Shown piece by piece: positions 53,462 to 62,525 of a stretch of 64,000 nt of DNA. The notes under the pieces are model-generated. The model was not told the origin of the DNA. It did no database searches and worked only from the letters and a program-made list of their open reading frames with translations. The DNA lies in NCBI GenBank assembly GCA_038239865.1, contig JBBSEI010000013.1:923-64922 (forward strand), given 5' to 3'. The stretch is from Chthoniobacterales bacterium. Its GTDB lineage: Bacteria > Verrucomicrobiota > Verrucomicrobiia > Chthoniobacterales > Chthoniobacteraceae. The position numbers were made by a program, and so were the translations under genes. Every line of letters begins with the position of its first letter. Position 1 is the first letter of the stretch.

Positions 53462-56400
53462 ATGAAAATCTCCCTCTCCTGCTCCGGAAATTTGGCAACT
53501 GCACCGGTGGCAATTCCCCTGGCGCTGCTGGCGTTCGCCGCGATGAGTTCCGCGCTCGCGCAGGAAATCACGAAGGAGCAGGGCGAGTTTTTCGAATCCA
53601 AAATCCGGCCGGTGCTCGCCGACACGTGCTACCGCTGCCACAGCGCGGACGCGGGAAAAAGCAAGGGCGGCCTCACGCTCGATTCGCGCGATGCGATGCT
53701 GAAGGGCGGCGACACGGGTGCGTCCGTCGTGCCAGGCGATCCGGCAAAATCGCTGCTCATCAAAGCGATCACGTATTCCGATCCCGACTTGCAGATGCCG
53801 CCTTCGAGCGCGGGCGGGAAGCTCAGCGATGTGCAGATCGCCGACCTCAGCATGTGGGTGAAAATGGGCGCGCCGGTGCCGGCGAATGCCACCGCGGTGA
53901 AGACAAAACTCAGCGGCATGACGGACAAGGCGCGTGGGCACTGGTCATATCAGCCGGTGAAAAATCCGAAGGTGCCGCTCAACAAAAACCAGCAGTGGTG
54001 CCGCACGCCGGCGGACTGTTTTGTCCTGCAAAAAATCGAGGCGGCAGGGATGCTGCCCTCGCCGGACGCGGACAAGGAGACGCTGCTGCGGCGCGCATTT
54101 TACGACCTCCTCGGGCTGCCGCCCTCGCCGCAGGAGATCGAGACTTTCCTCGCGGACAAATCGCAGGAGGCATGGGCGCGGGTCGTGGATCGGCTGCTCG
54201 CCTCGCCGCACTACGGCGAACGCTGGGGCCGCCACTGGCTCGACACCGCGCGCTACAGCGACACCGCGGGCGCAAATGTGAACGGCACCGAGTACCGCTA
54301 CGCGCACGCGTGGACGTATCGCGACTGGGTCATCAATGCGATCAATGCGGATATGCCGTACGACAAATTCGTGACGCATCAGCTCGCGGCGGATCTGCTG
54401 CCGAAGGATCAGCAGGGCCGGAATGGCGAGAATCTCGCAGCGCTCGGCTTCATCACCGTCGGCGAGCGATTCGGAAATCCGAACGACCTCATCAACGAGC
54501 GCATCGACACCGTGAGCAAGGCGATGCTCGCGATGACCGTCTCGTGCGCGCGCTGCCATGATCACATGTTCGATCCGATTTCGCAGAAGGACTACTATGC
54601 GCTGCACGGCGTCTTCTCGAGCATCACGGAGCCGAATGTGAAGCCGCTCATCGGCACGCTGCCGCCAGCGGATCTCCTCGCCGACTACTCGAAGAAGGAG
54701 GCGGAAGTGAAAAAGGAAATCGCGAGCGCGTACTACGAGTCCATCGGTTTTTTCAACCAGGGCTTCCGCCTGAAATCGCCGCAGTATCTCGAACTCCTCA
54801 CACTCTCCCGCGACCCGATCAGCATCACGGACAAGAGCTCGCCGTACACGAATTTCCGCCTCGCGAACAAACTCGACGACGACGTCGCGCGCCGCGTCGA
54901 GCCGCGCACGCGGAAAAAGGACGACACCGTTTTCGGGCCTCTCGCGATGCTGTCGGCGATCAAGCCGGAGGAGTTCGCTGCGAAGTCGCCGGCGATCATC
55001 GCGCAGGCGCAGACCGGAATGTTGCCCGGCACGAAGAAGCCGATCAACCGCCTCGTCGCGATCGCCTTCCGCGGCGCGAAGCCGCAGTCGATCAAGTCGA
55101 TCAAAGATGTCTGGCAGATCTACGACAACGCCTTCGCGATGGTCGCGCCGAAGTCCGCAATTTGGCTCGACGAGATGGCCGTGAACTCCAGCGACAACGT
55201 GGTCGGCGTGGATGCCGCGATGGCGGAGTTGCTGCAAATTCCCTTCGACGTGAAGCCCGGCGGCACGCTCTCGATCGCGGATTTCCGCCAGCTCATCGAC
55301 CGCCTGCCAAACAACCGCAAGCGCGACGCACAGGGCGCGCTCGTGCGGCTGAACGAACTCCAGCTCACGCATCCCGGCGCGCCCGCGTACGCGATGATCG
55401 TGACCGACAATGCGAAGCCGACCGACTCGCCCGTCTTCATCCGCGGTCAGGCGAATACGCGCGGCGAAATCGTCCCGCGGCGTTTCCTGGACGTGCTTTC
55501 ACCCGAGGGAAAAGGCGTGCCTTTCAAACAGGGCAGCGGCCGCCTCGAACTCGCGAAGTGCATCGCTGACAAGGCAAACCCGCGCACCGCGCGCGTGATG
55601 GTGAACCGCGTGTGGATGCATCATTTCGGCGAGGGTCTCGTCTCCACGCCGGACGATCTCGGCACGATGGCCGAGCTGCCCACGCATCCCGAACTGCTCG
55701 ACTACCTCTCGAATTACTTCACCGAAAACGGCTGGAGTCTGAAAAAATTGCACCGCCTGATCATGCTCTCGCGCGTCTATCAGGAGAGCAGCCACGTCAT
55801 CGCCGAATATCAGGATAAGGACCCGTACAACCGCCTGCTCTGGCGCGCCAATGTGCGGCGGCTCGACTTCGAGTCCGTGCGCGATTCGCTGCTCTCCATG
55901 AGCGCCCAGCTCGACGGCACGCTCGGCGGCAAGCCCGTGAACATCACCGAGGAACCGTACAGCTCCCGCCGTTCCGTGTACGGCTACATCGATCGCGGGA
56001 ATCTCCCCGAACTCATGGCCCATTTCGATTTTTCAAAACCGGAAATGGCGAACTCCAAGCGCACCGCGACCATCGTGCCGCAGCAGGCGCTCTTTTTGAT
56101 GAACAGCCCGATGGCCGTGGACGTCGCACGACGCATCGTGAACCGCTCCGAGTTCACCAGCGCCCGCGACGACCTCGGGCGCATCTCCGCGCTGTACCGG
56201 ATCATTTTCCAGCGCATGCCCGTCAGGAATTTGTCGAAGGAAAATCCGAGGGATGAGTGGAAGATGGGCCTCGAATTCGTGAAGATCGAATCGCAGGACT
56301 ACGACGCAAATCACTTCGCCGCAAAGAACGTGAAGCAGGGCGGCGGCAACCGCATGGACGCCCGCGCGGCGATCAAGAACGACGGCTTCCGCATCCACCG

Positions 56401-56473
56401 CAGCGCGCTGAACCCATGGGAAACCTACGCGCAGGCGCTGCTGTTTTCGAACGAGGCGGCGTATGTGAACTGA
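53462..56473 (+). CDS. PSCyt1/DUF1549/DUF1553 domain protein
   Basis: ATG at 53462 (MKISLSC...ALLAFAAMSSALA). FFESKIRPVLADTCYRCHS, YDLLGLPPSP, GERWGRHWLDTARYSDT and CARCHDHMFDPISQ, with a DUF1553 C-terminus. The 188 codons upstream in the ORF track are noise. Confidence 0.9.
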   Translation: MKISLSCSGNLATAPVAIPLALLAFAAMSSALAQEITKEQGEFFESKIRPVLADTCYRCHSADAGKSKGGLTLDSRDAMLKGGDTGASVVPGDPAKSLLIKAITYSDPDLQMPPSSAGGKLSDVQIADLSMWVKMGAPVPANATAVKTKLSGMTDKARGHWSYQPVKNPKVPLNKNQQWCRTPADCFVLQKIEAAGMLPSPDADKETLLRRAFYDLLGLPPSPQEIETFLADKSQEAWARVVDRLLASPHYGERWGRHWLDTARYSDTAGANVNGTEYRYAHAWTYRDWVINAINADMPYDKFVTHQLAADLLPKDQQGRNGENLAALGFITVGERFGNPNDLINERIDTVSKAMLAMTVSCARCHDHMFDPISQKDYYALHGVFSSITEPNVKPLIGTLPPADLLADYSKKEAEVKKEIASAYYESIGFFNQGFRLKSPQYLELLTLSRDPISITDKSSPYTNFRLANKLDDDVARRVEPRTRKKDDTVFGPLAMLSAIKPEEFAAKSPAIIAQAQTGMLPGTKKPINRLVAIAFRGAKPQSIKSIKDVWQIYDNAFAMVAPKSAIWLDEMAVNSSDNVVGVDAAMAELLQIPFDVKPGGTLSIADFRQLIDRLPNNRKRDAQGALVRLNELQLTHPGAPAYAMIVTDNAKPTDSPVFIRGQANTRGEIVPRRFLDVLSPEGKGVPFKQGSGRLELAKCIADKANPRTARVMVNRVWMHHFGEGLVSTPDDLGTMAELPTHPELLDYLSNYFTENGWSLKKLHRLIMLSRVYQESSHVIAEYQDKDPYNRLLWRANVRRLDFESVRDSLLSMSAQLDGTLGGKPVNITEEPYSSRRSVYGYIDRGNLPELMAHFDFSKPEMANSKRTATIVPQQALFLMNSPMAVDVARRIVNRSEFTSARDDLGRISALYRIIFQRMPVRNLSKENPRDEWKMGLEFVKIESQDYDANHFAAKNVKQGGGNRMDARAAIKNDGFRIHRSALNPWETYAQALLFSNEAAYVN

Positions 56474-56514
56474 AACACCGCTCCTTCCCGTGAAGCTCGC
56501 CGAATTCCGCCGCA

Positions 56515-56733
56515 ATGATGAGCGCGCAGCTCAATGCCCTAACAGCCGTCCAAGCCATGCAGATCGCCAGCCTGCAAGCCCATCTCAACGCCGCCATCGC
56601 CGGGAGTGCGAACAACATCCCCGGTGTCGGCCCGCTGAATCTCACCATCAACAACAACCCCCCGCAGCAATGGGAAGTCCAGCCCATCGCGAACAAGGTC
56701 GACCAGCTCATCAATACACTGCTAAGGCCGTGA
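56515..56733 (+). CDS. small hypothetical protein (72 aa)
   Basis: ATG ORF in the more AT-rich segment. Predicted helix, Asn/Pro-rich loop, helix (SAQLNALTAVQAMQIASLQAHLNAAIAGS...VQPIANKVDQLINTLL). No family recognised. Confidence 0.4.
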   Translation: MMSAQLNALTAVQAMQIASLQAHLNAAIAGSANNIPGVGPLNLTINNNPPQQWEVQPIANKVDQLINTLLRP

Positions 56734-56796
56734 GCGGCACCCGGGAAAACTAGCGGAACAACCGACGGCCGATCCCGCAATCTGACGAAACCCAAC

Positions 56797-58512
56797 ATGA
56801 AAACCAAACCGTTCCTCACCCTCATAGCCCTGCTGCTCGGATGCAGTGTGCATGCGCAAAACCCGCCGCCGCCAGCCGCTCAACCACCTGCGGCTCCGGC
56901 AGCAAAGGCAGATGCGGCGGCTGAGATCGGAAAGCTGCAGGAAGGCTACAACACAGCAATGGAGGCCAATGCCGGCGAGAATGCGAAATGGATCGAGGGA
57001 CTGGAGAAATGGTATTTCGATGGCCTCGACAAATTGAAGGCGGATCGCGCAAAGGCGGGTGATCTCGACGGCGCGGTGCTGGTGAAGACCGAGCGGGATC
57101 GGGTCACCATGCACACGGAGACGACCCCGGAGCAGATCAAGGCGATGCCCGCCGCCCTGCGCACGTTGCGCGGCACGTATGAAGGCTCGCTCAAGAGGAT
57201 CATCGAGGAAACCGGGAAGAAGAATCTGCCCGTTAGCCGGAAATTCCTTGCGGACCTTGAGGCATTGCAGAAGCGCATCACTGTGACGGGGAACATTGAG
57301 CAGGCCCTCATCGTGAAGGAGGAGAAGGAGCGCTTTGCACATCAGTTTGCCGAAAGTGCCACCGTACCGTCGGCTATTACCGAGAATCCCGGCTCTGCGA
57401 AGACTGCAATTCTCCCAGTGCAAAAGCCCGCTGCACCTCGCACAGATTTTGTTGAGCATATCTCCGCCCTTACCAACGGGAAGACAGGCGCTCCGATCCT
57501 GCTAAAGAAAAAAGAAACCATGACGACGAAGGCGAAATTCAAACCTCCGGTGGAGATTCTTATCGAAGCCAAGACGAATTCCACCAATCTCCGGCTTGGC
57601 TATGCGGCAGATGAAGTCATCTTTAACTGGGAAAACTCCATGGACGAACTGCGCGTTGACGGAGGCCCTGCAAACAAAATGCATCAGAAGAAGGGTGGAC
57701 TCATTCCGACGAACACCTACGTGACTATTCGCTGGGTGGTGACGCCGAAGATGCAGTCCATCTATGTGGACGGAGAGAGGCGATTCGAGCACCACGGAGA
57801 CTATTCGGGCATTGACAAGCCTATCAGCGTATCCAGCGCGAGCGGCTCAATCGTCACGGTCAAATCTGTCAAAGTAAGGCAACTCCCTCCCGAAGTCGCG
57901 GTATCTGCCGAGAAAGCAAACCCACCCGCGACTGCTCACGCAGACATCCCCTTAAAGAACGTGAAGGCAGGACAGGAGAAAGGTTTCGACGTCAGCGGCA
58001 TCCCTTCTTCCGCCGCCAGCAGCATCCCTTCAAAAGCCGCAGGGCCGCAGACCAAGGTTCAAATTACCACGGAGAAAAAGCCGGGGGCAGTCGCAAACAC
58101 TGCTGTCGGTCGCGCAGGCTCGCAGACCAAAAGCGCGGAAAATATCCTGTATGTTTTGACGTTGAAAAACATCTCGCCGAACGATCTGCCGGGACTGACC
58201 GTGGATTATCTTCTCTTTGTCGAGAGACAGAGGCTCGGGGAAGTGAAAAACGAACCCTCGAAGGTGGAGCGGATTGCCGCCTCGAGAAAAGTTGAGGTGC
58301 TTACCCGGGAAAATCCTCAGGTGGTGACGACAAGCGAGGTCCCGCTGAATGTGGAGAATCTCGTCGGACATTACCACTATAGGAACGGTGGGCGCATCCG
58401 GGCGGAGGATTCAGTGATCGGCGTTTGGGTCCGTGTGACGCAAGATGGGCAGCTCATCGGCGAGTATGCCAACCCGCCGACCGTTACGAAACGTGGTTGG
58501 GGCGGCAAGTAG
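56797..58512 (+). CDS. hypothetical lipoprotein (571 aa), paralog 1
   Basis: MKTKPFLTLIALLLGC lipobox. The N-terminal helical region is shared with 58836..59846 (AGDLDGAVLVKTERDR, IEQALIVKEEKERF). The central beta-sandwich-like block ends ...IVTVKSVKVRQL. Followed by its own terminator. Confidence 0.75.
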   Translation: MKTKPFLTLIALLLGCSVHAQNPPPPAAQPPAAPAAKADAAAEIGKLQEGYNTAMEANAGENAKWIEGLEKWYFDGLDKLKADRAKAGDLDGAVLVKTERDRVTMHTETTPEQIKAMPAALRTLRGTYEGSLKRIIEETGKKNLPVSRKFLADLEALQKRITVTGNIEQALIVKEEKERFAHQFAESATVPSAITENPGSAKTAILPVQKPAAPRTDFVEHISALTNGKTGAPILLKKKETMTTKAKFKPPVEILIEAKTNSTNLRLGYAADEVIFNWENSMDELRVDGGPANKMHQKKGGLIPTNTYVTIRWVVTPKMQSIYVDGERRFEHHGDYSGIDKPISVSSASGSIVTVKSVKVRQLPPEVAVSAEKANPPATAHADIPLKNVKAGQEKGFDVSGIPSSAASSIPSKAAGPQTKVQITTEKKPGAVANTAVGRAGSQTKSAENILYVLTLKNISPNDLPGLTVDYLLFVERQRLGEVKNEPSKVERIAASRKVEVLTRENPQVVTTSEVPLNVENLVGHYHYRNGGRIRAEDSVIGVWVRVTQDGQLIGEYANPPTVTKRGWGGK

Positions 58513-58520
58513 CCATCCGT

Positions 58521-58559
58521 GCGGCATGGCGCTTGAGAACCGCGTGCCGCTCGTTTTTC
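58521..58559 (+). terminator. intrinsic terminator after lipoprotein paralog 1
   Basis: GCGGCATG...CGTGCCGC 8-bp stem (one G-U pair) followed by TCGTTTTTC, starting 9 nt after the stop at 58512. Confidence 0.55.
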
Positions 58560-58608
58560 GGGAGAGCGCTTGAATTCCGCGCGCGCCCTGCCACCGTCCG
58601 CGACTCGC

Positions 58609-58785
58609 ATGACGAAAGAACTCGGCCAGCACGCCGTGGATGGCGTGCTGGACACGCACGACTTGCACGCGACGATCCTCCACCTCCTCGGCCTCGATCA
58701 CGAAGCGCTCACGTTCAATTACGCGGGCCGTGATTTCCGGCTGACGAATGTCTCCGGAAAAGTGGCGCGGAAAATTTTACTCTGA
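58609..58785 (+). pseudogene. DUF1501 protein gene, 3' remnant (last ~58 codons)
   Basis: [57 protein letters not shown] matches the conserved DUF1501 C-terminus. No upstream DUF1501 sequence is found in any frame. Confidence 0.7.
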
Positions 58786-58835
58786 GCGAGTCGGCAAGCG
58801 TGGCGGAAGCGGCGCACTCACTCCGCCCGCGGCGG

Positions 58836-59846
58836 CTACCACGAGATGTGGATCTCGAAGTCGCTCGCGCCACCGCCTTCATCCTGGAGGTGGATGACGA
58901 GCTTCTGGCCGTTCGTGTCCGTGGGCTGCTCGAGTACTTTCACGTAGCCCTTGTTCTTCACCTTTTTCGCGAGATTCACCGAGACGTGCCTCCCCGCGAA
59001 CGGCGCGAGCGGGGGAGTAAATTTCGTGAAGTCGTCGGTGATTTTGTCCTGCCAGTTCGGCACCCAGTTCACGCCGTTGATGGAAATGTTCAGTGGCTTC
59101 GACCAGTCAATGTGCTCGATGTGCAGCTTGCCGTCCTTGATGACCACATTATCCCCGGCATCCACGCTCGCGCGGAAGACGATCCGGCGCGTGCCGATCG
59201 TGGTGGCGACCGGCTTCGGCGTCGCCGCGGGCTTCGCGCCGCCGGCGACGGGCGCTGTCGGTTCCGCCTTTCCCAGCAGCGCGACGACGGACGGTGTGAG
59301 CCACTCGGCGGCGAGTTCGTCGCGCTTGGCTTTGACGAGGAGCGCGTCGTCAATGCGCTGGCGCTGGGTGAGCTGGGTCTGCGCCTGCGCGAGGACGGGA
59401 TCGCACTTCGCGTGGAGCGCCTTGATGCGGAGGGCGCGTTCTTTTTCCAAGCGCGCGATCTGCGTGCGGATGGCGGCGCGCAGTTGCTTCACGGCGGCGG
59501 GATCGGCGGCCTCGTCCTGCTCGGGGAAGACGTTCGTCTCGGCGAAGCGCTTGTGCTCGTTGCGCAGCGCGACCGCGCCGTCGAGGTCGCCTGCGGTGCT
59601 CGCCTTGGTGATCGCGGCATCGAGCGAACTGAGAAACTGGAGCTTCAGTTTGCCGAGTTCGGCCTCATGCACATCGGTGACGTCGCGCTTGAATGCCGCC
59701 TGCCATTGCGCGTCCGTCGCGGCGATCCACTTCTGCATTTCCGACTGCGCAGGCTCCGCGGCGGCAGGCGTGGCGTTATCCTGCGCGTGAGTGGTCGAGC
59801 AGAGAGCCAGCAGGATGGAGACGAAAAGCAAGCGCTGTATTTTCAT
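58836..59846 (-). CDS. hypothetical lipoprotein (336 aa), paralog 2
   Basis: Starts at MKIQRLLFVSILLALC (lipobox). The N-terminal helical region is paralogous to 56797..58512 (AGDLDGAVALRNEHKRF, IDDALLVKAKRDEL). C-terminal beta-rich domain ...LVIHLQDEGGGASDFEIHISW. Confidence 0.75.
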   Translation of the reverse strand: MKIQRLLFVSILLALCSTTHAQDNATPAAAEPAQSEMQKWIAATDAQWQAAFKRDVTDVHEAELGKLKLQFLSSLDAAITKASTAGDLDGAVALRNEHKRFAETNVFPEQDEAADPAAVKQLRAAIRTQIARLEKERALRIKALHAKCDPVLAQAQTQLTQRQRIDDALLVKAKRDELAAEWLTPSVVALLGKAEPTAPVAGGAKPAATPKPVATTIGTRRIVFRASVDAGDNVVIKDGKLHIEHIDWSKPLNISINGVNWVPNWQDKITDDFTKFTPPLAPFAGRHVSVNLAKKVKNKGYVKVLEQPTDTNGQKLVIHLQDEGGGASDFEIHISW

Positions 59847-59901
59847 AAGGGGCATCCTGAGTGAAGTAGCGATCCCGCGGCCTCGACGCACGGAAATTTC
59901 C

Positions 59902-60398
59902 TCACGCGAGCAGCGGGCGGATGACTTCGCCATGCACGTCGGTGAGGCGGCGATCGATGCCGTTGTGGCGGAAGGTAAGCTTCGTGTGATCAATGCCGAG
60001 CAGGTGCAGGATCGTCGCGTGGATGTCCCACACTTGCGTGGGACTTTTCCGATCGAGCGGCTTGTAGCCCCACTGGTCGCTTTCGCCGTGCGTGATGCCG
60101 CCCTTGATGCCACCGCCTGCGAGCCAGTTGGTGAAAACGTACGGGTTGTGATCGCGCCCTTTGCCGCCTTGCGAGGAGGGCATGCGGCCGAATTCCGTCG
60201 TCCACAAAATGACGGTGTCGTCGAGCATCCCGCGTTGTTTCAAATCCTGGATGAACGCCGCGCAGCCGCGCGCCATGCCGAGGGAGAGCGGGCCATGATC
60301 GCGCGCGATGTCCTCGTGCGAATCCCAGTTGCGGCGCGGAAAGCCGTTGTCGGTGTGCAGGCTGCGCGGCGGATGAAAGTATGGCGCGCAGTTTTACT
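59902..60398 (-). pseudogene. DUF1501 protein gene, 3' remnant (last ~165 codons)
   Basis: Reading back from ORF 59902..60276(-) in the same frame gives APYFHPPRSLHTDNGFPRRNWDSHEDIARDHGPLSLGMARGCAAFIQDLKQRGMLDDTVILWTTEFGRMP...[42 protein letters not shown]. It is preceded by TAA and by unrelated, more AT-rich sequence. The N-terminal two-thirds, including the twin-arginine region, is absent. Confidence 0.75.
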
Positions 60399-60491
60399 CA
60401 TTGCTGACAACTCTCCGCAGCGGCTGGGACGCTTTGCTGACATCGTGCGGTCATGTTCCGTGGCATTGCCCTGCCACGATCCTTTCGCTCC

Positions 60492-62525
60492 ATGAAAATA
60501 ACCGTCTCCCTGCTCCCGCTGATCTTCACCCTCGCCGGACCGATCTGCGCACTCGCGCACGACTCCGGCGCGGCGCACGGCGATCCACGTCTTTCCGCGC
60601 GCAATTTTTCCGCACAGCTTCCGATGGAAATGCTGGAAATCCTGCGCGATGGAAAAGGCATCCCTCCGGCGGACAGCGATGCGATCAAGGCTCTGACTGC
60701 GCGCTATCTTTCGCGGCGTTCGAACCGTCCGGCTGATGCCGGCAGCAGCGCGCCGTCCGCATTCACGCGCAGGCAGGCGGAGAGTGCGACTGCCGCGGAT
60801 GTCGCCGCCCCCCAGTGGCAGTTCGTGACCACGCCGTTCAACCCGCTCGATGCATTTGCGGATGTGCCGTTCACGCTGACTTCATACACGGCTCCCACGG
60901 GGAATGGCGCGCTGATGGCTGCGTCGTTCACGCCCTTCAAGCCGAAGGTGCGATTCTATTGGGATGGCACGACTTTTTACGAGGAGTCAGATAACACTCC
61001 CGATCCGGCGATGATGCCGAACCTCATGGTGGGCATCACTTCGTGGCAGCAGCAGGTGCCGGTGCCAGCCGCGTATTTTGCGGGGACGACGAATCCGGAG
61101 AACAGCACCAGCTCGCTCGGCTACGGTCAACCGAACTACTGGCGGCTGCCGCTCGTGCCGGTGCCTTCGGCGTCGCCGATTCCGATTTCGGCGGGGAATT
61201 TCCAGCGCGGCGCGGTGGCGCTCGCGGCGAATGGGATCGCGATTTTCAATCCGAAGAACAACACCGGCGCGGCCTCGTATCAAATCGGCGAGCTCGATGC
61301 GTATGGCGGGCACTGCGGTCTCGCGGATGATTACCACTACCACATCATCCCGACGCATCTGCTGAGCGCATTCGGCGGCGTGTTGAGCAATGACAAGCCC
61401 GTCGCGTGGGCGCTCGATGGCTATCCGATTTACGGCTATGTGGAGCCGGACGGCACAGCGCGGCAGGCGCTCGATGCGGACGGCGGGCACGACATCGGCA
61501 GCGGCTGGGGCTATCACTACCACGCGATCGGCACGACGACGGTGGACGCGACGCACCCGTATGGCACGCCGCAGTCGCCATACTTGATGAGTAACTTCCA
61601 CGGCACCGTGGTGAATTTCGGCGGGCAGGTGGACGGGCAGCCGGAGGTCGGGCCGATCCGCGCGTCGGGCACGGGCGGCTACACGGCGCAGCCGGTGAGC
61701 GGCGCGAGCATTGTCGCGTTCAAAAATCCCGTCGCGCTCAAATTTGTCGGCAGTGATCTGGCGGAAGACACGGCAGGCACGCCGTCGCCGGATTCGTATC
61801 TCATGCGCGTGAGCATCGCAGGCACGACTTACGACGAGTGCTGGAAAATCAACCGCAGCGTGAATCCGCGCACGCTCACGGTCACATGGCGTCTCGCGGG
61901 CGCGACGACCACGACGACCTACACCCCCAACGCCACGGGCGACCGCCTCACCGCATACCCGATGGCCGCGTGGAGTGAGACAAAGCTGCCGGACACGAGC
62001 CAGACGCTCAACGTCCCAACCGCGCCCTTCGGCCAGGACTCCGACTACACCATCAATGCGCAATCTTTCACCGACAACGGCAACAGCACCATCACCGACA
62101 ATGTTACCGGACTAATGTGGCAGAAAACGGACAATGGTGAGTCCACATGGGAGAACGCGGTGGCCAATGCAGCAAGCATCACCACCGGCGGCTACACCGA
62201 CTGGCGGCTGCCGACTCCGGCGGAGGCGCTCAGCATCATCAATCACAACAACTCCAACCCGGCGCTGAACACGACTTACTTTCCCAGCAACGGCGCGGGT
62301 GCCGCGGACTATTGGTGGACGACCGACATCTATGGCACCAGCACGACAAACGTGTGGTGCACGAACGCCGGCGGCGGCGTGGGCGCGAAGCCAAAGACGG
62401 AAACGATCAGCGCTGGCGGAGTGCTGCGCTATAGCGCGCGCTACGTGCGCGGAAAAAAGGCACGAGCGCGCACAACTACCTCAACAACCTCGACAGCACG
62501 ATCACCGACACGGACACTGGCCTGA
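60492..62525 (+). CDS. secreted YHYH-domain plus DUF1566 (Lcl C-terminal-like) protein; zero-frame product
   Basis: ATG at 60492 (MKITVSLLPLIFTLAGPICALA). Two YHYH motifs (DAYGGHCGLADDYHYH, DADGGHDIGSGWGYHYH). DUF1566 block TDNVTGLMWQKTD...GGYTDWRLPTPAEAL...RYSARYVRG. The zero frame ends 22 codons after an A_AAA_AAG heptamer. Confidence 0.8.
   Translation: MKITVSLLPLIFTLAGPICALAHDSGAAHGDPRLSARNFSAQLPMEMLEILRDGKGIPPADSDAIKALTARYLSRRSNRPADAGSSAPSAFTRRQAESATAADVAAPQWQFVTTPFNPLDAFADVPFTLTSYTAPTGNGALMAASFTPFKPKVRFYWDGTTFYEESDNTPDPAMMPNLMVGITSWQQQVPVPAAYFAGTTNPENSTSSLGYGQPNYWRLPLVPVPSASPIPISAGNFQRGAVALAANGIAIFNPKNNTGAASYQIGELDAYGGHCGLADDYHYHIIPTHLLSAFGGVLSNDKPVAWALDGYPIYGYVEPDGTARQALDADGGHDIGSGWGYHYHAIGTTTVDATHPYGTPQSPYLMSNFHGTVVNFGGQVDGQPEVGPIRASGTGGYTAQPVSGASIVAFKNPVALKFVGSDLAEDTAGTPSPDSYLMRVSIAGTTYDECWKINRSVNPRTLTVTWRLAGATTTTTYTPNATGDRLTAYPMAAWSETKLPDTSQTLNVPTAPFGQDSDYTINAQSFTDNGNSTITDNVTGLMWQKTDNGESTWENAVANAASITTGGYTDWRLPTPAEALSIINHNNSNPALNTTYFPSNGAGAADYWWTTDIYGTSTTNVWCTNAGGGVGAKPKTETISAGGVLRYSARYVRGKKARARTTTSTTSTARSPTRTLA
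62453..62459 (+). other. A_AAA_AAG heptamer in phase for -1 frameshifting (or the site of an indel)
   Basis: Zero-frame codons are GGA AAA AAG at 62451-62459. The -1 frame reopens from 62459 (GGC ACG AGC ...) and stays open to the window end. Confidence 0.35.

Noticed and set aside
59791-60495. 234-aa ORF on the plus strand
   Set aside because: It is antisense to DUF1501 remnant B, whose family signature on the minus strand is clear.
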